Below are positions 37,359 to 48,136 of a DNA stretch of 64,000 nt, piece by piece. Within the stretch, counting starts at the first letter, position 1, and every line of letters begins with the position of its first letter. The stretch is taken from assembly GCA_016867115.1 (NCBI GenBank), contig VGKG01000003.1, positions 673 to 64,672 of the forward strand, read 5' to 3'. A program made the translations under genes and the position numbers. The DNA is from Candidatus Omnitrophota bacterium (GTDB taxonomy: Bacteria; Omnitrophota; Gorgyraeia; Gygaellales; Profunditerraquicolaceae). The notes under the pieces are model-generated. The model made no database searches, was not told the origin of the DNA, and worked only from the letters and a program-made list of their open reading frames with translations.

Positions 37359-37592
37359 GCGCGATTTTCTGCGGTTTGCGGTGGCGGGATGGATGATATT
37401 CTTCTTGGCTGCCTTGTCCAGCTGGGAGAATACCTTAGCCAGCATGGCCTTGGCTTCGGCGGCATTCTTCGCCGAGACAAGCGAGAGGAACTTCTTGATC
37501 GTTTTTTTCAGCTGTTGTTTAATTTTGAGGTTACGCAGGTGTTTTTTTCTGTCCGCGCGGTTTTTCTTCAATGAGGTTTTTCTTCTCGGCAT
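37329..37592 (-). CDS. rpsT: 30S ribosomal protein S20
   Basis: MPRRKTSLKKNRADRKKHLRNLKIKQQLKKTIKKF... Confidence 0.9.
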   Translation of the reverse strand: MPRRKTSLKKNRADRKKHLRNLKIKQQLKKTIKKFLSLVSAKNAAEAKAMLAKVFSQLDKAAKKNIIHPATANRRKSRLMKRLSKAA

Positions 37593-37669
37593 TTTTGTTC
37601 CTTTCGTGAGGCCGGATCCGGCCTTTAATAGTGAATAACAGTAGCTAAAGATAGCATAATTAGCCGGCT

Positions 37670-39214
37670 ATGTCAACAAACAAATCCGTCGCCCGCTGGG
37701 CAAGCACCATCGCCTTCGCCACCTTTTGTTCCCGGCTGCTGGGTTTTGTGCGCGATATCGTCATCGCCCGGCTTTTCGGCATCCGGGAGATCGCCCAGGC
37801 CTTTGTCGTCGCCTTCAGGATCCCGAACCTCTTCCGGGATTTTGTCGGAGAAGGCGCCGCCAACGCCAGCCTGGTGCCTGTCTTTAGCGAATATAGCCTA
37901 AAACAGGACAAAGAGGAGTTCTGGCGCCTGGCTAATGTGGTGTTGAACCTGCTGCTGGTCGTCCTTTCCGCAATCGTATTATTGGGCATAATTTTTTCTC
38001 CCCTGATCATCCGCCTGATCGCCCCCGGGTTCATCGCTTCTCCGGAGAAGTTCCTGGCCACGGTTAAGTTAAACCGGATTATTTTCCCTTATCTTTTATT
38101 GATCTGCCTGGCTGCCTATTCCACGGGGATCCTGAATTCCCTGAAGCATTTCAGTATCCCGGCGTTTGCGCCCTGTCTTTTGAATATTTCCATTATTATC
38201 TGCGCCCTCGCCTTTGGCGAGGGGATCGTAGGCCTGGCCTCGGGAGTCCTGATCGGCGGGATCCTGCAGCTTGCGATACAGATCCCCGTACTTTACAAAA
38301 AAGGGTTCCGGCTAAACCCTGCCGCAGGTTTCCGTCATCCCGAAGTAAAGACTATCGGTAGGCTGATGCTGCCGCGCATCGCCAGCTCCAGCATTTACCA
38401 GCTGAATAATTTTGTGGATTCCATCTTCGGGTCTCTGGTCTGGTTTGTGGGAGAGGGGGGTGTGGCGGTCCTTTATTTCGCCTACCGACTGATCCAATTT
38501 CCCCTCGGGATCTTCAGTAACGCCCTTTCCCAGGCGCTCCTGCCTACATTTTCCACCCAATCCCTGGAGCCGGACAGAGAGGGCCTGAAGAGCACGCTGG
38601 CCTGGGCCCTGCGCGCAGTCTCCTTCGTCATCGTGCCCGCGCAGGCCGCCTTTATCTTTCTGGCGAAACCGGTGGTCCTGGTGCTTTTCGGCGGCGGCAG
38701 ATTCGATTCAACCGCCGTAGATCTTACTGCCTCATGCCTCATCTTTTACAGTATCGGTCTGTCTGCCTATGGGGCAAATAAAATCTTACAGTCCTGTTTC
38801 TTTGGCCTGAAGGACACCCTCACGCCGGCAAAGATCTCAGGTTTGGCCCTCGGGATGAACATCGCGTTGAACTGCCTGCTTATGTTTCCCCTCAAGATCG
38901 CAGGCATAGCCCTGGCCACCTCTATTTCCGGGGTAGTATCATTCTTGGTACTTTTTAATATCCTCCGGCGCAAGATCGGTGATTTCCGGGTGGCAGAGGT
39001 CGTATTTTCTTTCGTACGCATAGCCCTGGCCAGCCTTTGCATGGGTCTGGTGGCTTATCTTTGTTTTTACAAGGGCCATTCCTTAAAGTTGAATAATTAC
39101 CTGAATCTGGGGCTTACGGTGTTTCTCAGCCTGTTTTCATATGCGGTTTTCTGCCTGCTTTTGGGGGTCAGAGAGATGCGCGAGCTCTGGCAGTGGGTAA
39201 GCCATAAAAAGTAA
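37670..39214 (+). CDS. murJ: lipid II flippase MurJ (MviN family)
   Basis: 514 aa polytopic protein with the N-terminal MviN pattern (FCSRLLGFVRDIVIARLFG..., RIPNLFRDF). Confidence 0.85.
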   Translation: MSTNKSVARWASTIAFATFCSRLLGFVRDIVIARLFGIREIAQAFVVAFRIPNLFRDFVGEGAANASLVPVFSEYSLKQDKEEFWRLANVVLNLLLVVLSAIVLLGIIFSPLIIRLIAPGFIASPEKFLATVKLNRIIFPYLLLICLAAYSTGILNSLKHFSIPAFAPCLLNISIIICALAFGEGIVGLASGVLIGGILQLAIQIPVLYKKGFRLNPAAGFRHPEVKTIGRLMLPRIASSSIYQLNNFVDSIFGSLVWFVGEGGVAVLYFAYRLIQFPLGIFSNALSQALLPTFSTQSLEPDREGLKSTLAWALRAVSFVIVPAQAAFIFLAKPVVLVLFGGGRFDSTAVDLTASCLIFYSIGLSAYGANKILQSCFFGLKDTLTPAKISGLALGMNIALNCLLMFPLKIAGIALATSISGVVSFLVLFNILRRKIGDFRVAEVVFSFVRIALASLCMGLVAYLCFYKGHSLKLNNYLNLGLTVFLSLFSYAVFCLLLGVREMRELWQWVSHKK

Positions 39215-39224
39215 GGAGGTCAAT

Positions 39225-39755
39225 ATGACGCAGACAAGATCGCGTGGGATCGCTATTTTTGCCTGGGCTTTTATCGCGGTGAACGCATTCGGGCTATTGA
39301 ATATCCGCGGCTACTATATTACTTATTCTTTCCTGCCCCGCAGCGCCTTGATCGCGGTCCTGCTTTATGCCATCGCCTTTTTTGCCTGCGGTATTATTGC
39401 CGCGGTGAATGTGCTGCGGTTAAAGGAGTGGGCCAGGAGATTAATGCTGGTTATGGCTCTCCTGGGCATCGTGGATAATATCATCTTTGTGCCCCTGACC
39501 CACAGGTCCATACAGAATGTTTCGGCCGATCAGAAACTGATCGAGACCCTGAATGAGCAGTATGATAAGCTGCCGCAGGATTACCGCCGGAAGCTGGCGA
39601 TGTCTAAGGAGGCCTATGTGGACTCCATGCTCAAGACGGCTGTATTCGTTGCCCACCTGATCACCGGGATCATTGAGGTGGGCTTTACGATCATCTTCGG
39701 CTTTTTGATGTTCTGGTACTTCTTACGCCGCAAGGTCAGAGAAGAGTTTCATTAG
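39225..39755 (+). CDS. hypothetical membrane protein
   Basis: 176 aa with 4 predicted TM segments. No family recognised. Confidence 0.4.
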   Translation: MTQTRSRGIAIFAWAFIAVNAFGLLNIRGYYITYSFLPRSALIAVLLYAIAFFACGIIAAVNVLRLKEWARRLMLVMALLGIVDNIIFVPLTHRSIQNVSADQKLIETLNEQYDKLPQDYRRKLAMSKEAYVDSMLKTAVFVAHLITGIIEVGFTIIFGFLMFWYFLRRKVREEFH

Positions 39756-39945
39756 TTTTGCTTCCGGGCTTTGTTCGCGTGCGAAAATTTTTGCCGTCTG
39801 CGGCGGTTTACGGCTCACTTTCAGGCTGGATGCTAACGTTAGCTTCCCGCCTCCCGTTCGCCGTAATTCCTTGCAGACTGAAGCTATAGAGGGGCCAAAA
39901 ATTTTCTAATGCACGCTCACAAACCCTCCAGCAAAACTCTTTGAG
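39755..39945 (-). mobile_element. MITE-like element, copy 2 (inverted relative to copy 1)
   Basis: Its reverse complement aligns to 21731-21909 at about 90% identity with two indels of about 10 nt. Fills the intergenic gap between the stop at 39755 and the uvrC start at 39954. Confidence 0.5.
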
Positions 39946-39953
39946 AATCACTA

Positions 39954-41186
39954 ATGAGCAGTCTTAAAGAAAAGATCAGAAAATTTCCGGATGCGCCGGG
40001 AGTCTATCTCATGAAGGATAGCTCGGGCAGGATCATCTATGTGGGGAAGGCCAAGTCCCTGAAGAAGCGCCTGATGAGTTATTTCCGGGGCGGCCTCTCT
40101 GATAAGACGCGCATCCAGATGGCTTCGGTTGAGACGATAGAATACCGGCTCACTCCTACCGAAGGCCTGGCGCTTTTAATTGAAAACAGCCTGATCAAGC
40201 AGCACCAGCCTAAATACAATGTGTCGCTACGCGACAGCAAGGGCTATCCTCTGGTGAAGATCACTAATGAGGAATTTCCGGCCATCTGCATCACCCGTAA
40301 AAGAGAACCTGACAGAGCGCGCTATTTCGGCCCTTACACTAGCGCTAGTCTTCTGCGCGAGGCGCTGAAAGTCATCCGCCGCAACTTCCCCTACCGCTCC
40401 TGCCATAAGATGCCCGAAGAGGCCTGCCTGTATTACCGCATCGGACTTTCGCCTGCGCCCTGCGCGGGTAAGATCAGTAAGAGAGATTACGCCGCGACTA
40501 TCGAAAAGATCGCTATGATCCTGGAAGGAAAGACTGACGAGCTGGTCGCCCGGCTATCCAGAGAGATGCTTACCTTGGCCAGGCAAAAGGATTACGAGGC
40601 CGCAGCCAAGAGGCGCGACCAGATCAATGCCTTAAGTTCTTTGAGCGGTTCCCGTCCGGGTTTAAGCCGTAGCGACGAACTTCATGACCTGAAGGCGCGC
40701 CTGGGATTAGATAAACTGCCTGAGCGTATAGAAGCCTTTGATATCTCAAATATCTTCGGTAAAGAGGCGACCGGCTCGATGGTCAGTTTCTATAAAGGCG
40801 TTCCAGATAAGGATAACTACCGCCGCTTCCGGATCAAGACTGTCTCCGGGATCGATGATTATTCCATGCTGGCAGAGGTGGTCAGGCGCAGGTACGCACG
40901 CCTCAAAGAAGAGGGCCTTAAGTTTCCCGACCTCATCCTCATCGACGGCGGCCGCGGACACCTCTTTACCGCCAAAAAAGCCCTGGAGGAGGTGGGGGCA
41001 AAAGTTCCGTTTGCCAGCATTGCCAAGGAGAGAGAGCACATCTATACCCCGGAAAGGAAGGCGCCGATAAAGCTGGGAGAAGGCACTCCGGCCCTGAACC
41101 TGATCCGCCGCATCCGCGATGAGGCGCATCGCTTCGCAGTTTCGTATCACCATCTGCTTCGCCGTAAGAAAGTAATAGGGGAATAG
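39954..41186 (+). CDS. uvrC: UvrC-family excinuclease subunit (GIY-YIG + UVR + RNase H-like endonuclease domain; no C-terminal HhH)
   Basis: GVYLMKDSSGRIIYVGKAKSLKKRL GIY-YIG motif and a UVR motif (YEAAAKRRDQINAL). 410 aa versus about 600 for canonical UvrC. Confidence 0.75.
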   Translation: MSSLKEKIRKFPDAPGVYLMKDSSGRIIYVGKAKSLKKRLMSYFRGGLSDKTRIQMASVETIEYRLTPTEGLALLIENSLIKQHQPKYNVSLRDSKGYPLVKITNEEFPAICITRKREPDRARYFGPYTSASLLREALKVIRRNFPYRSCHKMPEEACLYYRIGLSPAPCAGKISKRDYAATIEKIAMILEGKTDELVARLSREMLTLARQKDYEAAAKRRDQINALSSLSGSRPGLSRSDELHDLKARLGLDKLPERIEAFDISNIFGKEATGSMVSFYKGVPDKDNYRRFRIKTVSGIDDYSMLAEVVRRRYARLKEEGLKFPDLILIDGGRGHLFTAKKALEEVGAKVPFASIAKEREHIYTPERKAPIKLGEGTPALNLIRRIRDEAHRFAVSYHHLLRRKKVIGE

Positions 41187-41187
41187 T

Positions 41188-41460
41188 ATGATTTCGCCGT
41201 TTGCCAGGAGAGTCTATAAAGCGGTTTGCGCGATCCCGATCGGCGAAACACGCAGCTACAAATGGGTGGCGAAAAAGGCAGGCAGGCCAAAGGCCGGCCG
41301 CGCAGTCGGGACTATCCTGAAAAACAATCCCTTTCCCTTGTTCATTCCCTGCCACCGCGTCATCCGCTCGGGCGGCGCGCCCGGCTCTTTTATCTGGGGC
41401 AGGAAGGCCAAAGAAAAGCTCTTGAATCTAGAGAGACAAATCCGGGAATCAGTGCTATAA
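41188..41460 (+). CDS. methylated-DNA--protein-cysteine methyltransferase DNA-binding/active-site domain (Ogt C-terminal-like)
   Basis: IPCHRV active-site motif. 90 aa. Confidence 0.75.
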   Translation: MISPFARRVYKAVCAIPIGETRSYKWVAKKAGRPKAGRAVGTILKNNPFPLFIPCHRVIRSGGAPGSFIWGRKAKEKLLNLERQIRESVL

Positions 41461-41493
41461 TAGTTTTTATTAATCAGCCTATCGGAGGCCAAG

Positions 41494-42564
41494 ATGGATA
41501 TAAAAATATTGATCAAACAGCTGGTGGAGAAGAACGGTTCGGATCTCTTTTACCGGGCCGGAGGCACCCCGCGCCTGAGGATCGACGGCAAGATCGTCAC
41601 CATAGAGGATAGGGTCCTCAGCGTCGATGACGTGATGCGGGCGACCGAGCAGCTGACTACCCCTAAGCAGCGCGACGCCTTCAAGAACAACCTGGACGTG
41701 GACTTTGCGGTCTATCTGGATGAGTTTGAGCGCAGGTTCAGGGTGAGTATCTTCATGCAGCGCAACTGGCCCTCCATCGTAGTGCGTAATGTCAACAGCA
41801 AGATACAGACCTTTGAGGAGCTGCGCCTGCCGGCGGAAATATTAAAAAAGCTCTCTATGGAGACGCGCGGCTTAGTGCTCCTTACCGGAAGCATGGGCAG
41901 CGGCAAATCCACCACCATCGCCAGCATGATCGAGTACATCAACTCCAGCTGTAAAAAGCACATCCTTACGGTCGAGGAACCCATCGAATACACCTTTAAG
42001 GATAAGAACTGCCTGATTAACCAGAGGGAGCTGGGGATAGACGTGGCATCTTATCCGGTGGCGTTGCGCGCCTTTACCCTGCAAAGCCCGGACGTGATCT
42101 TTATCGGAAACATCCGGGATTATGACACCATGTCCAGTGCCATCACCGCCGCCGAAACCGGGGTTCTGGTCTTAAGCACTCTGCATACGGTGAATGCCGC
42201 GCAGAGCGTCGAACGCGTGGTCAATTTTTTCTCGCCGCACCAGCATCAGGAGATCAGGAATCAGCTCTCAGGGTTGCTTAAAGGCATCATCTCCCTGCGT
42301 CTGGTGCCGCTAAAGGACGGTTCCGGACGCGTGCCTGCCTATGAAGTCATGCTGCTCACCCCCACTATCAGCCGCCTCATCCGGGAGGGAAAGTTCTGGG
42401 AGATACCCAAGTACATCGAAGAGGGAGAGGTCTTTGGGCTGCAGTCATTCAGCCAGTCGCTGGCCCGGTTAGTCAGGGAGGGCAAGGTCACCGAGGAAGT
42501 GGCTGGGGATTTTTCGGATAACCGCGATGAGTTCATCCTGCAGTTAAGGGGCATCAAGAAGTAG
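41494..42564 (+). CDS. pilT: type IV pilus retraction ATPase PilT
   Basis: Walker A GSMGSGKSTT and the PilT/PilU family layout. 356 aa. Confidence 0.85.
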   Translation: MDIKILIKQLVEKNGSDLFYRAGGTPRLRIDGKIVTIEDRVLSVDDVMRATEQLTTPKQRDAFKNNLDVDFAVYLDEFERRFRVSIFMQRNWPSIVVRNVNSKIQTFEELRLPAEILKKLSMETRGLVLLTGSMGSGKSTTIASMIEYINSSCKKHILTVEEPIEYTFKDKNCLINQRELGIDVASYPVALRAFTLQSPDVIFIGNIRDYDTMSSAITAAETGVLVLSTLHTVNAAQSVERVVNFFSPHQHQEIRNQLSGLLKGIISLRLVPLKDGSGRVPAYEVMLLTPTISRLIREGKFWEIPKYIEEGEVFGLQSFSQSLARLVREGKVTEEVAGDFSDNRDEFILQLRGIKK

Positions 42565-42573
42565 GAGTCACAA

Positions 42574-43702
42574 ATGCTAGAAGAAATAAAAGAAAAACTT
42601 TCCATTCTGGATCACCGGCTCCGGCAACTAAGAGGTTATCTTTGACATAGATCATAAAAAAGAACAGATCGAGGAATTGAACAGATTAATGTCCGGCCCC
42701 GGCTTTTGGGAGGATACCCAGAACAGCACCCGGGTAGTAAAACAGCTGAAAGAATTAAAGTCCTCAGTTGAGCCGTGGGAACTCGCCTTTAAAAAATACC
42801 AGGAATTTCTTGAGTTCGCCGAACTCCTTAAACCCGAAGATACCCAGCTGGCCGCAAATCTCATGCGGGACCTTGAAAATGTCTCCGCAGAGCTTGAGAA
42901 ATTAGAGTTCAATACGCTCTTTAGCGGGGAGTTCGACCGTAATAGCGCAATCCTGAGCATCAACGCCGGCGCCGGAGGCACTGAATCCTGCGACTGGGTA
43001 TCGATGTTATTGCGTATGTACAGCCGTTTTTCCGAGCGCCACGGATACAGCACAAGCACCATAGATATCCTGGCGGGAGAAGAGGCCGGCATAAAAAACG
43101 TGACTATTCTGGTCGAAGGCGGATACGCCTACGGGTATCTCAAGGCAGAGCGCGGGGTGCACCGCCTCGTGCGCATCTCGCCGTTTGACGCCAATAAGCG
43201 CCGCCACACTTCTTTCGCTTCGGTGGACGTGATCCCCGAGATAGAGGATGATGTGGAGGTGAAGATCGAAGATAAGGATCTGGCGATCGAGACCTTCCGC
43301 GCTTCGGGCCCGGGAGGCCAGCACATGCAGAAGACCGATTCCGCGGTCAGGATTACACACCTGCCTTCCGGCATCACTGTGCAGTCGCAGAATGAGCGCT
43401 CGCAGCATCAGAATAAACAGACGGCGCTGAAGATCCTGAAGGCCAGGATCTATGAGCTGGAGAGGGAGAAGAAGGAAGAGCAGCTTTTGAAGACCTATGA
43501 TGCGCAGAAGAAGAGGATCGAGTTCGGCTCCCAGATCCGCTCTTACGTGATGCACCCCTATAATCTGGTCAAGGACCACCGCACCGACTGCCAGACCGGC
43601 GACGTCAATAAGGTGATGGACGGCGGGATTGATGAGTTTATCGAGGAGTATCTGAAAAAGCAAAAGTTAAAAGGAAAAAGCGAGAATCATAAGGATGCTT
43701 AA
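42574..43702 (+). CDS. prfB: peptide chain release factor 2, with programmed +1 ribosomal frameshift at CTT TGA C (42640-42646)
   Basis: Frame 0 encodes [23 protein letters not shown] then TGA. The +1 frame continues [22 protein letters not shown]... through the SPF/GGQ motifs ([19 protein letters not shown]). An internal SD-like GAGG lies upstream of the shift site. Confidence 0.85.
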
Positions 43703-46610
43703 ATTCATCAAGCAATCTATTCTAAACAGTAAGCAAAACCAGATCCGGCACAGATACCCGAATGTCAATATCGCCCTGCATCCGGATATGCCGCAACCCT
43801 CGATCGGCAAGATCGTCGAGGTGGCGCGGACAGTGGCCCAGGTGAATGCCTTCGAAGAGAAGCTTGGTTCCTTAAGCGACGAGCAGCTACGCCGCAAGAC
43901 CGATGATTTCAAGGCGCACCTGAGAGAAGGATCCAAAGCTTATGAAGCGGATTTAAAGGAGCTGTCCGCCTCCCTCCAGGAAGTGGCTATCCCCGAGGAA
44001 AAAGCAAAGATCAAGAAGAAGATACGCGATACCCGCAATAAAGTCTTCGAAGAAATACTGCCCGAAGCCTTTGCCGTAGTCAGAGAGGCATCCCGGCGCA
44101 CCATAGGTCTGCGTCATTTTGATACCCAGATCGCCGGAGGCATGATCCTGCATGAAGGAAGGATCGCCGAGATGGCCACCGGCGAGGGCAAGACCCTGGT
44201 TGCTACGCTTCCTGCGTATCTGAATGCGCTCCTTGGCCTTGGCGTGCATATCGTCACGGTCAACGATTACCTGGCGCGCAGGGACCGCGAATGGATGGGG
44301 CCGGTCTATGAGTTCCTGGGGTTATCCGTGGGCGCCATTCAGCATGAGATGTCTGACGAGCAAAGAAAAGCCGCTTACTCCTGCGATATCACTTACGGAA
44401 CGAATAACGAGTTCGGATTTGATTACCTGCGCGACAATATGAAGTACAGCCTGGATGACCTGGTGCAGCGGCCCTTCTTTTACGCTATTGTCGACGAGGT
44501 CGACTCCATCCTTATTGACGAGGCGCGCACCCCCCTGATCATCTCGGGGCCGGCAGAGGAATCGACCGGCAAATATTACACCGCAAAAACTATTGCCGAC
44601 CAGCTTAAGGGAAAGCGCGTCACCGAAAGCGAAGAGATAGACGCAAAATATAAAGGCATAGACCTCTCCAAAGGCTTTGATTACGTCGCCGACGAAAAGG
44701 CCCAGACCATCGCCCTCACCGAAGAGGGAGAGATGAAGGCGGCTCGCCTCTGGGGGGTAGAGGACCTGCACAGTATCGAGACCAATGAGCTCAGGGGCCA
44801 CACTATCGCCGCACTTCGCGCAAAAGAGTTTTACGAACGCGATGTGGAGTATGTGGTTAAAGACGGCCAGGTAGTGATCGTGGATGAGTTTACCGGACGG
44901 CTTATGCCGGGAAGGCGCTGGTCAGACGGACTGCATCAGGCAGTAGAGGCAAAGGAGGGGATAAAGATTGAGCGCGAGAACCAGACGCTGGCGACCATCA
45001 CCTTCCAGAATTATTTCCGCATGTATGAGAAGCTCTCCGGCATGACCGGTACCGCCTTTACCGAAGCCGCCGAGTTTGAGAATATTTACCAGTTAAACGT
45101 CGAGGTCGTCCCGACTAACCGGCCACTCATCCGCACGAACTTCCCGGACCGCGTCTATAAGACTGAGAAGGAGAAGTTTAATGCGGTGGCGGATGAGATC
45201 GCCGAACACTACAATGCCGGAAGGCCGGTCCTGGTGGGCACCATCTCCATCGATAAATCCGAGCGCCTCTCGGAGACGTTGAAGGTGCGCGGCATCGCCC
45301 ATCAGGTATTGAATGCCAAGTATCATGAGCTGGAGGCCCAGATTGTGGCTCAGGCCGGCAGGTACAAGGCAGTGACCATTGCCACGAATATGGCCGGCCG
45401 CGGAACAGACATCCTGCTTGGCGGAAATCCGGAATATATGGCAAAGAGCCTCATCCAGCAGAAGTTTAAACCGGATGACCCAAACCTGAAAGAAGAGTAC
45501 CTCAGGGTTTTAGGGAGATTCAGGAAAGAGGCCCAGGAAGAACACGATAAAGTAGTCAAGCTCGGCGGCCTGCACGTCCTGGGTACTGAACGCCATGAGG
45601 CGCGCCGCATCGATAATCAGCTGCGCGGAAGGAGCGGCCGCCAGGGAGATCCGGGCTCCTCAAGGTTCTATGTTTCATTGGGAGATGATTTAATGCGGCT
45701 CTTCGGTTCTGACCGGATCGCCGGACTGATGGAAAAATTAGGGCTTGAAGAAGGCCAGGTGATCGAGCATCCCTGGGTCTCCGGTTCCATCGAGATCGCG
45801 CAGAAACGTGTGGAACAGCAGAACTTCGAGATCAGGAAGCGCCTTCTTGAATACGATAATGTGATGAACAAGCAAAGGGAGATCATCTACGGCCAGCGCC
45901 GCAAGGTGCTGGAAGGAGCCTCATTAAAGGAGAATATCCTGGATATCGCCGAGCGGGTCCTGGATGATCTTTATACCTCCCATATTTCAGAAAGCGTACT
46001 GGATGCAAATGCGCTTGCCCAGACCCTGAAGTTGAAGTACGGCCTTGAGATTGACCCCCAGGTTATAGCCGGCAGGCGCGATGACGAGATCAAGAGCTAC
46101 CTGTTTCAGCGGCTGGAAGATTTTTATCAGGAAAAAGAGAAGAATCTTGGGCCGGAGGTGATGCGCCAGATGGAACGCATCATCTTCCTGCAGATCGTGG
46201 ACAGCAAATGGAAAGAGCATCTCCTGGCCATGGATCATCTGCGGGAGGGGATAGGTTTCCGTTCTGTCGGCCAGCGCGACCCCCTGATCGAATACAAGCG
46301 CGAGGCCTTTGAAATGTTTGGCGCCATGGTCGCAAGCATCGAAGACGACGCCCTTGAGGCGATCTTCAGGCTTGCACCGGTGCGGCCGGAGAGGATCCGG
46401 GGAGTCTTTAGCAGCCTGCCGCAGGAGCTCATCCATCAGACAGAGTTGGCGCAGTTTGAAGAGGCAAAAGAGCTTGCGGTGCAGGAAGAAGAAGCTGTTC
46501 CGGTCGAAGAAAAATCAAAACCCGTCCACTCCGCCCACCCCAAAGTCGGCCGCAATGACCCCTGCCCCTGCGGTTCCGGTAAAAAGTATAAGAAATGCTG
46601 CGGACGTTAA
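43695..46610 (+). CDS. secA: preprotein translocase ATPase SecA
   Basis: 971 aa with DEAD-like motor motifs and the C-terminal Zn finger [14 protein letters not shown]. Confidence 0.95.
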   Translation: MLKFIKQSILNSKQNQIRHRYPNVNIALHPDMPQPSIGKIVEVARTVAQVNAFEEKLGSLSDEQLRRKTDDFKAHLREGSKAYEADLKELSASLQEVAIPEEKAKIKKKIRDTRNKVFEEILPEAFAVVREASRRTIGLRHFDTQIAGGMILHEGRIAEMATGEGKTLVATLPAYLNALLGLGVHIVTVNDYLARRDREWMGPVYEFLGLSVGAIQHEMSDEQRKAAYSCDITYGTNNEFGFDYLRDNMKYSLDDLVQRPFFYAIVDEVDSILIDEARTPLIISGPAEESTGKYYTAKTIADQLKGKRVTESEEIDAKYKGIDLSKGFDYVADEKAQTIALTEEGEMKAARLWGVEDLHSIETNELRGHTIAALRAKEFYERDVEYVVKDGQVVIVDEFTGRLMPGRRWSDGLHQAVEAKEGIKIERENQTLATITFQNYFRMYEKLSGMTGTAFTEAAEFENIYQLNVEVVPTNRPLIRTNFPDRVYKTEKEKFNAVADEIAEHYNAGRPVLVGTISIDKSERLSETLKVRGIAHQVLNAKYHELEAQIVAQAGRYKAVTIATNMAGRGTDILLGGNPEYMAKSLIQQKFKPDDPNLKEEYLRVLGRFRKEAQEEHDKVVKLGGLHVLGTERHEARRIDNQLRGRSGRQGDPGSSRFYVSLGDDLMRLFGSDRIAGLMEKLGLEEGQVIEHPWVSGSIEIAQKRVEQQNFEIRKRLLEYDNVMNKQREIIYGQRRKVLEGASLKENILDIAERVLDDLYTSHISESVLDANALAQTLKLKYGLEIDPQVIAGRRDDEIKSYLFQRLEDFYQEKEKNLGPEVMRQMERIIFLQIVDSKWKEHLLAMDHLREGIGFRSVGQRDPLIEYKREAFEMFGAMVASIEDDALEAIFRLAPVRPERIRGVFSSLPQELIHQTELAQFEEAKELAVQEEEAVPVEEKSKPVHSAHPKVGRNDPCPCGSGKKYKKCCGR

Positions 46611-48136
46611 GTTCAGTTCTTCAGTTCTTCAGTTCTTCAGTTCTTCAGTTAAAAGGCAAAAGCCTTATCCTGTGTTTTCTTTCCGCAATACTATTAGCCC
46701 TCTCTTTTCCGCGCGCGAGTTTCTGGATCTCCGCCTGGTTCGGTTTTGTGCCCTTATTTTTTGCGCTGGAAAATAAATCCGGAGGCAGGGCATTTTTACT
46801 CGGATTTATTACCGGGATTATTTTCTGGCTAGGCACGGTCTACTGGCTTATCCACGTCACCCTTCCCGGAACCGTTCTTCTGGTTTTGTATTTAGCTTTG
46901 TATTTTGGAATTTTTGCCTTTGTTTTTCCCTACCTGCTACCTACTAACTACTGTCTACTATCGATCCCTGCGACTTGGGTTTTACTCGAGTATATTCGAG
47001 CCCACTTATTCACCGGTTTTCCCTGGGCGCTCTTGGGACATTCGCAATATCTGAATCTTCCGGTCATTCAGATATCCGATATTTTCGGCGCCTGGGGGGT
47101 ATCGTTTCTGCTGATGATGGCGAATGTCTCTCTTTACAGAATCAGGGTTTATGGGTTAAGGGCCAGGGGCACGGCCATATCCTTATTCTGTATACTGGCA
47201 GTCATAACCTACGGATATTATCAGATGTATCATCTGGCCGCCGTTCCTTCCCGCCTCCGGCTTAAGGTCTGCGTCATTCAGGCAAACATCCCGCAGGAGA
47301 AAAAGTGGGATAAAAATGCCGTAGGTTTCATCCTGGATAGATACTCTGAGTTAAGCCGGGAGGCGAGCCTTAAAAAGCCCGACCTGATCATCTGGCCCGA
47401 GGCAGCCAGTCCCGGAGTGCTGGGCGAGGATGACTGGGTCTTTGAGGAGTTTTTTGCTTTGAATAAAAGAATAAGGATCCCGATGCTTATCGGCGCGGTG
47501 GTACGCGAAAAAGACATCTATTATAATAGCGCGCTCCTTATCGAAGAGGGAAGGATCACCGGCCGTTATGACAAACTGCATCTTGTGCCTTTCGGAGAAT
47601 ATGTCCCGCTAAAAAAGTTCCTTCCCTTCTTGGAGGCGGTCGTGCCCATAGGCGATATTGCCCGGGGAGAAGAGTACACGATATTCAAGGCCGTTGATCC
47701 CCGGTCCCGCACACCGGTCAGCTTTGCGGTGCTTAACTGTTTTGAGGACCTCTTTCCGGAATTATCCAGGCAGTTCGTCAAAAAGGGGGCGCAATTCCTG
47801 GTGAACATCACCAATGACGCCTGGTATAAGAAGACAAGCGCTTCTTACCAGCACCTGCAGGCCTCGGTATTCAGGGCGGTAGAGAACCGCATCTATCTTG
47901 CCCGCTCTGCCAACACCGGCATCTCGGGATTCATTTCGCCTTCCGGCATTATCGTTTCCCGGGTGCGCGATAATGCGGGGAGGGATATTTTTGTGGAAGG
48001 TTGTTCTACTCTGGCGGTGCCGGCCAAAGAAGACAGCCAAAGCATCTATTGCCGGCTGGGAGATTTTTTTATCCCGGCCTGCCTTCTTTCTATTTTCTAT
48101 GGTATAATACGCGCTCGAAGAAAAAATGAAAAATAA
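46595..48136 (+). CDS. lnt: apolipoprotein N-acyltransferase
   Basis: Polytopic N-terminus plus CN-hydrolase domain ([11 protein letters not shown], catalytic Cys). The only in-frame start is the ATG at 46595, which overlaps the secA stop. Confidence 0.8.
   Translation: MLRTLSSVLQFFSSSVLQLKGKSLILCFLSAILLALSFPRASFWISAWFGFVPLFFALENKSGGRAFLLGFITGIIFWLGTVYWLIHVTLPGTVLLVLYLALYFGIFAFVFPYLLPTNYCLLSIPATWVLLEYIRAHLFTGFPWALLGHSQYLNLPVIQISDIFGAWGVSFLLMMANVSLYRIRVYGLRARGTAISLFCILAVITYGYYQMYHLAAVPSRLRLKVCVIQANIPQEKKWDKNAVGFILDRYSELSREASLKKPDLIIWPEAASPGVLGEDDWVFEEFFALNKRIRIPMLIGAVVREKDIYYNSALLIEEGRITGRYDKLHLVPFGEYVPLKKFLPFLEAVVPIGDIARGEEYTIFKAVDPRSRTPVSFAVLNCFEDLFPELSRQFVKKGAQFLVNITNDAWYKKTSASYQHLQASVFRAVENRIYLARSANTGISGFISPSGIIVSRVRDNAGRDIFVEGCSTLAVPAKEDSQSIYCRLGDFFIPACLLSIFYGIIRARRKNEK
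46611..46650. repeat. 8-nt tandem repeat (CAGTTCTT) x about 5
   Basis: Read directly: gttCAGTTCTTCAGTTCTTCAGTTCTTCAGTTCTTCAGTT. Confidence 0.7.

Noticed and set aside
37603-37618. Perfect 16-bp palindrome AGGCCGGATCCGGCCT between rpsT and murJ
   Set aside because: No T-tract on either side, so not a convincing terminator. Could be an operator in the divergent promoter region, but there is no supporting evidence.
40738-41612. Alternative-frame ORFs (110, 135, 128 aa) overlapping uvrC/MGMT/pilT
   Set aside because: Arg/Ser/Pro-rich translations typical of GC-rich out-of-frame reading. All are overlapped by genes with clear homology.
43007-43663. 218-aa antisense ORF inside prfB
   Set aside because: Shadow of the highly conserved RF2 coding frame.
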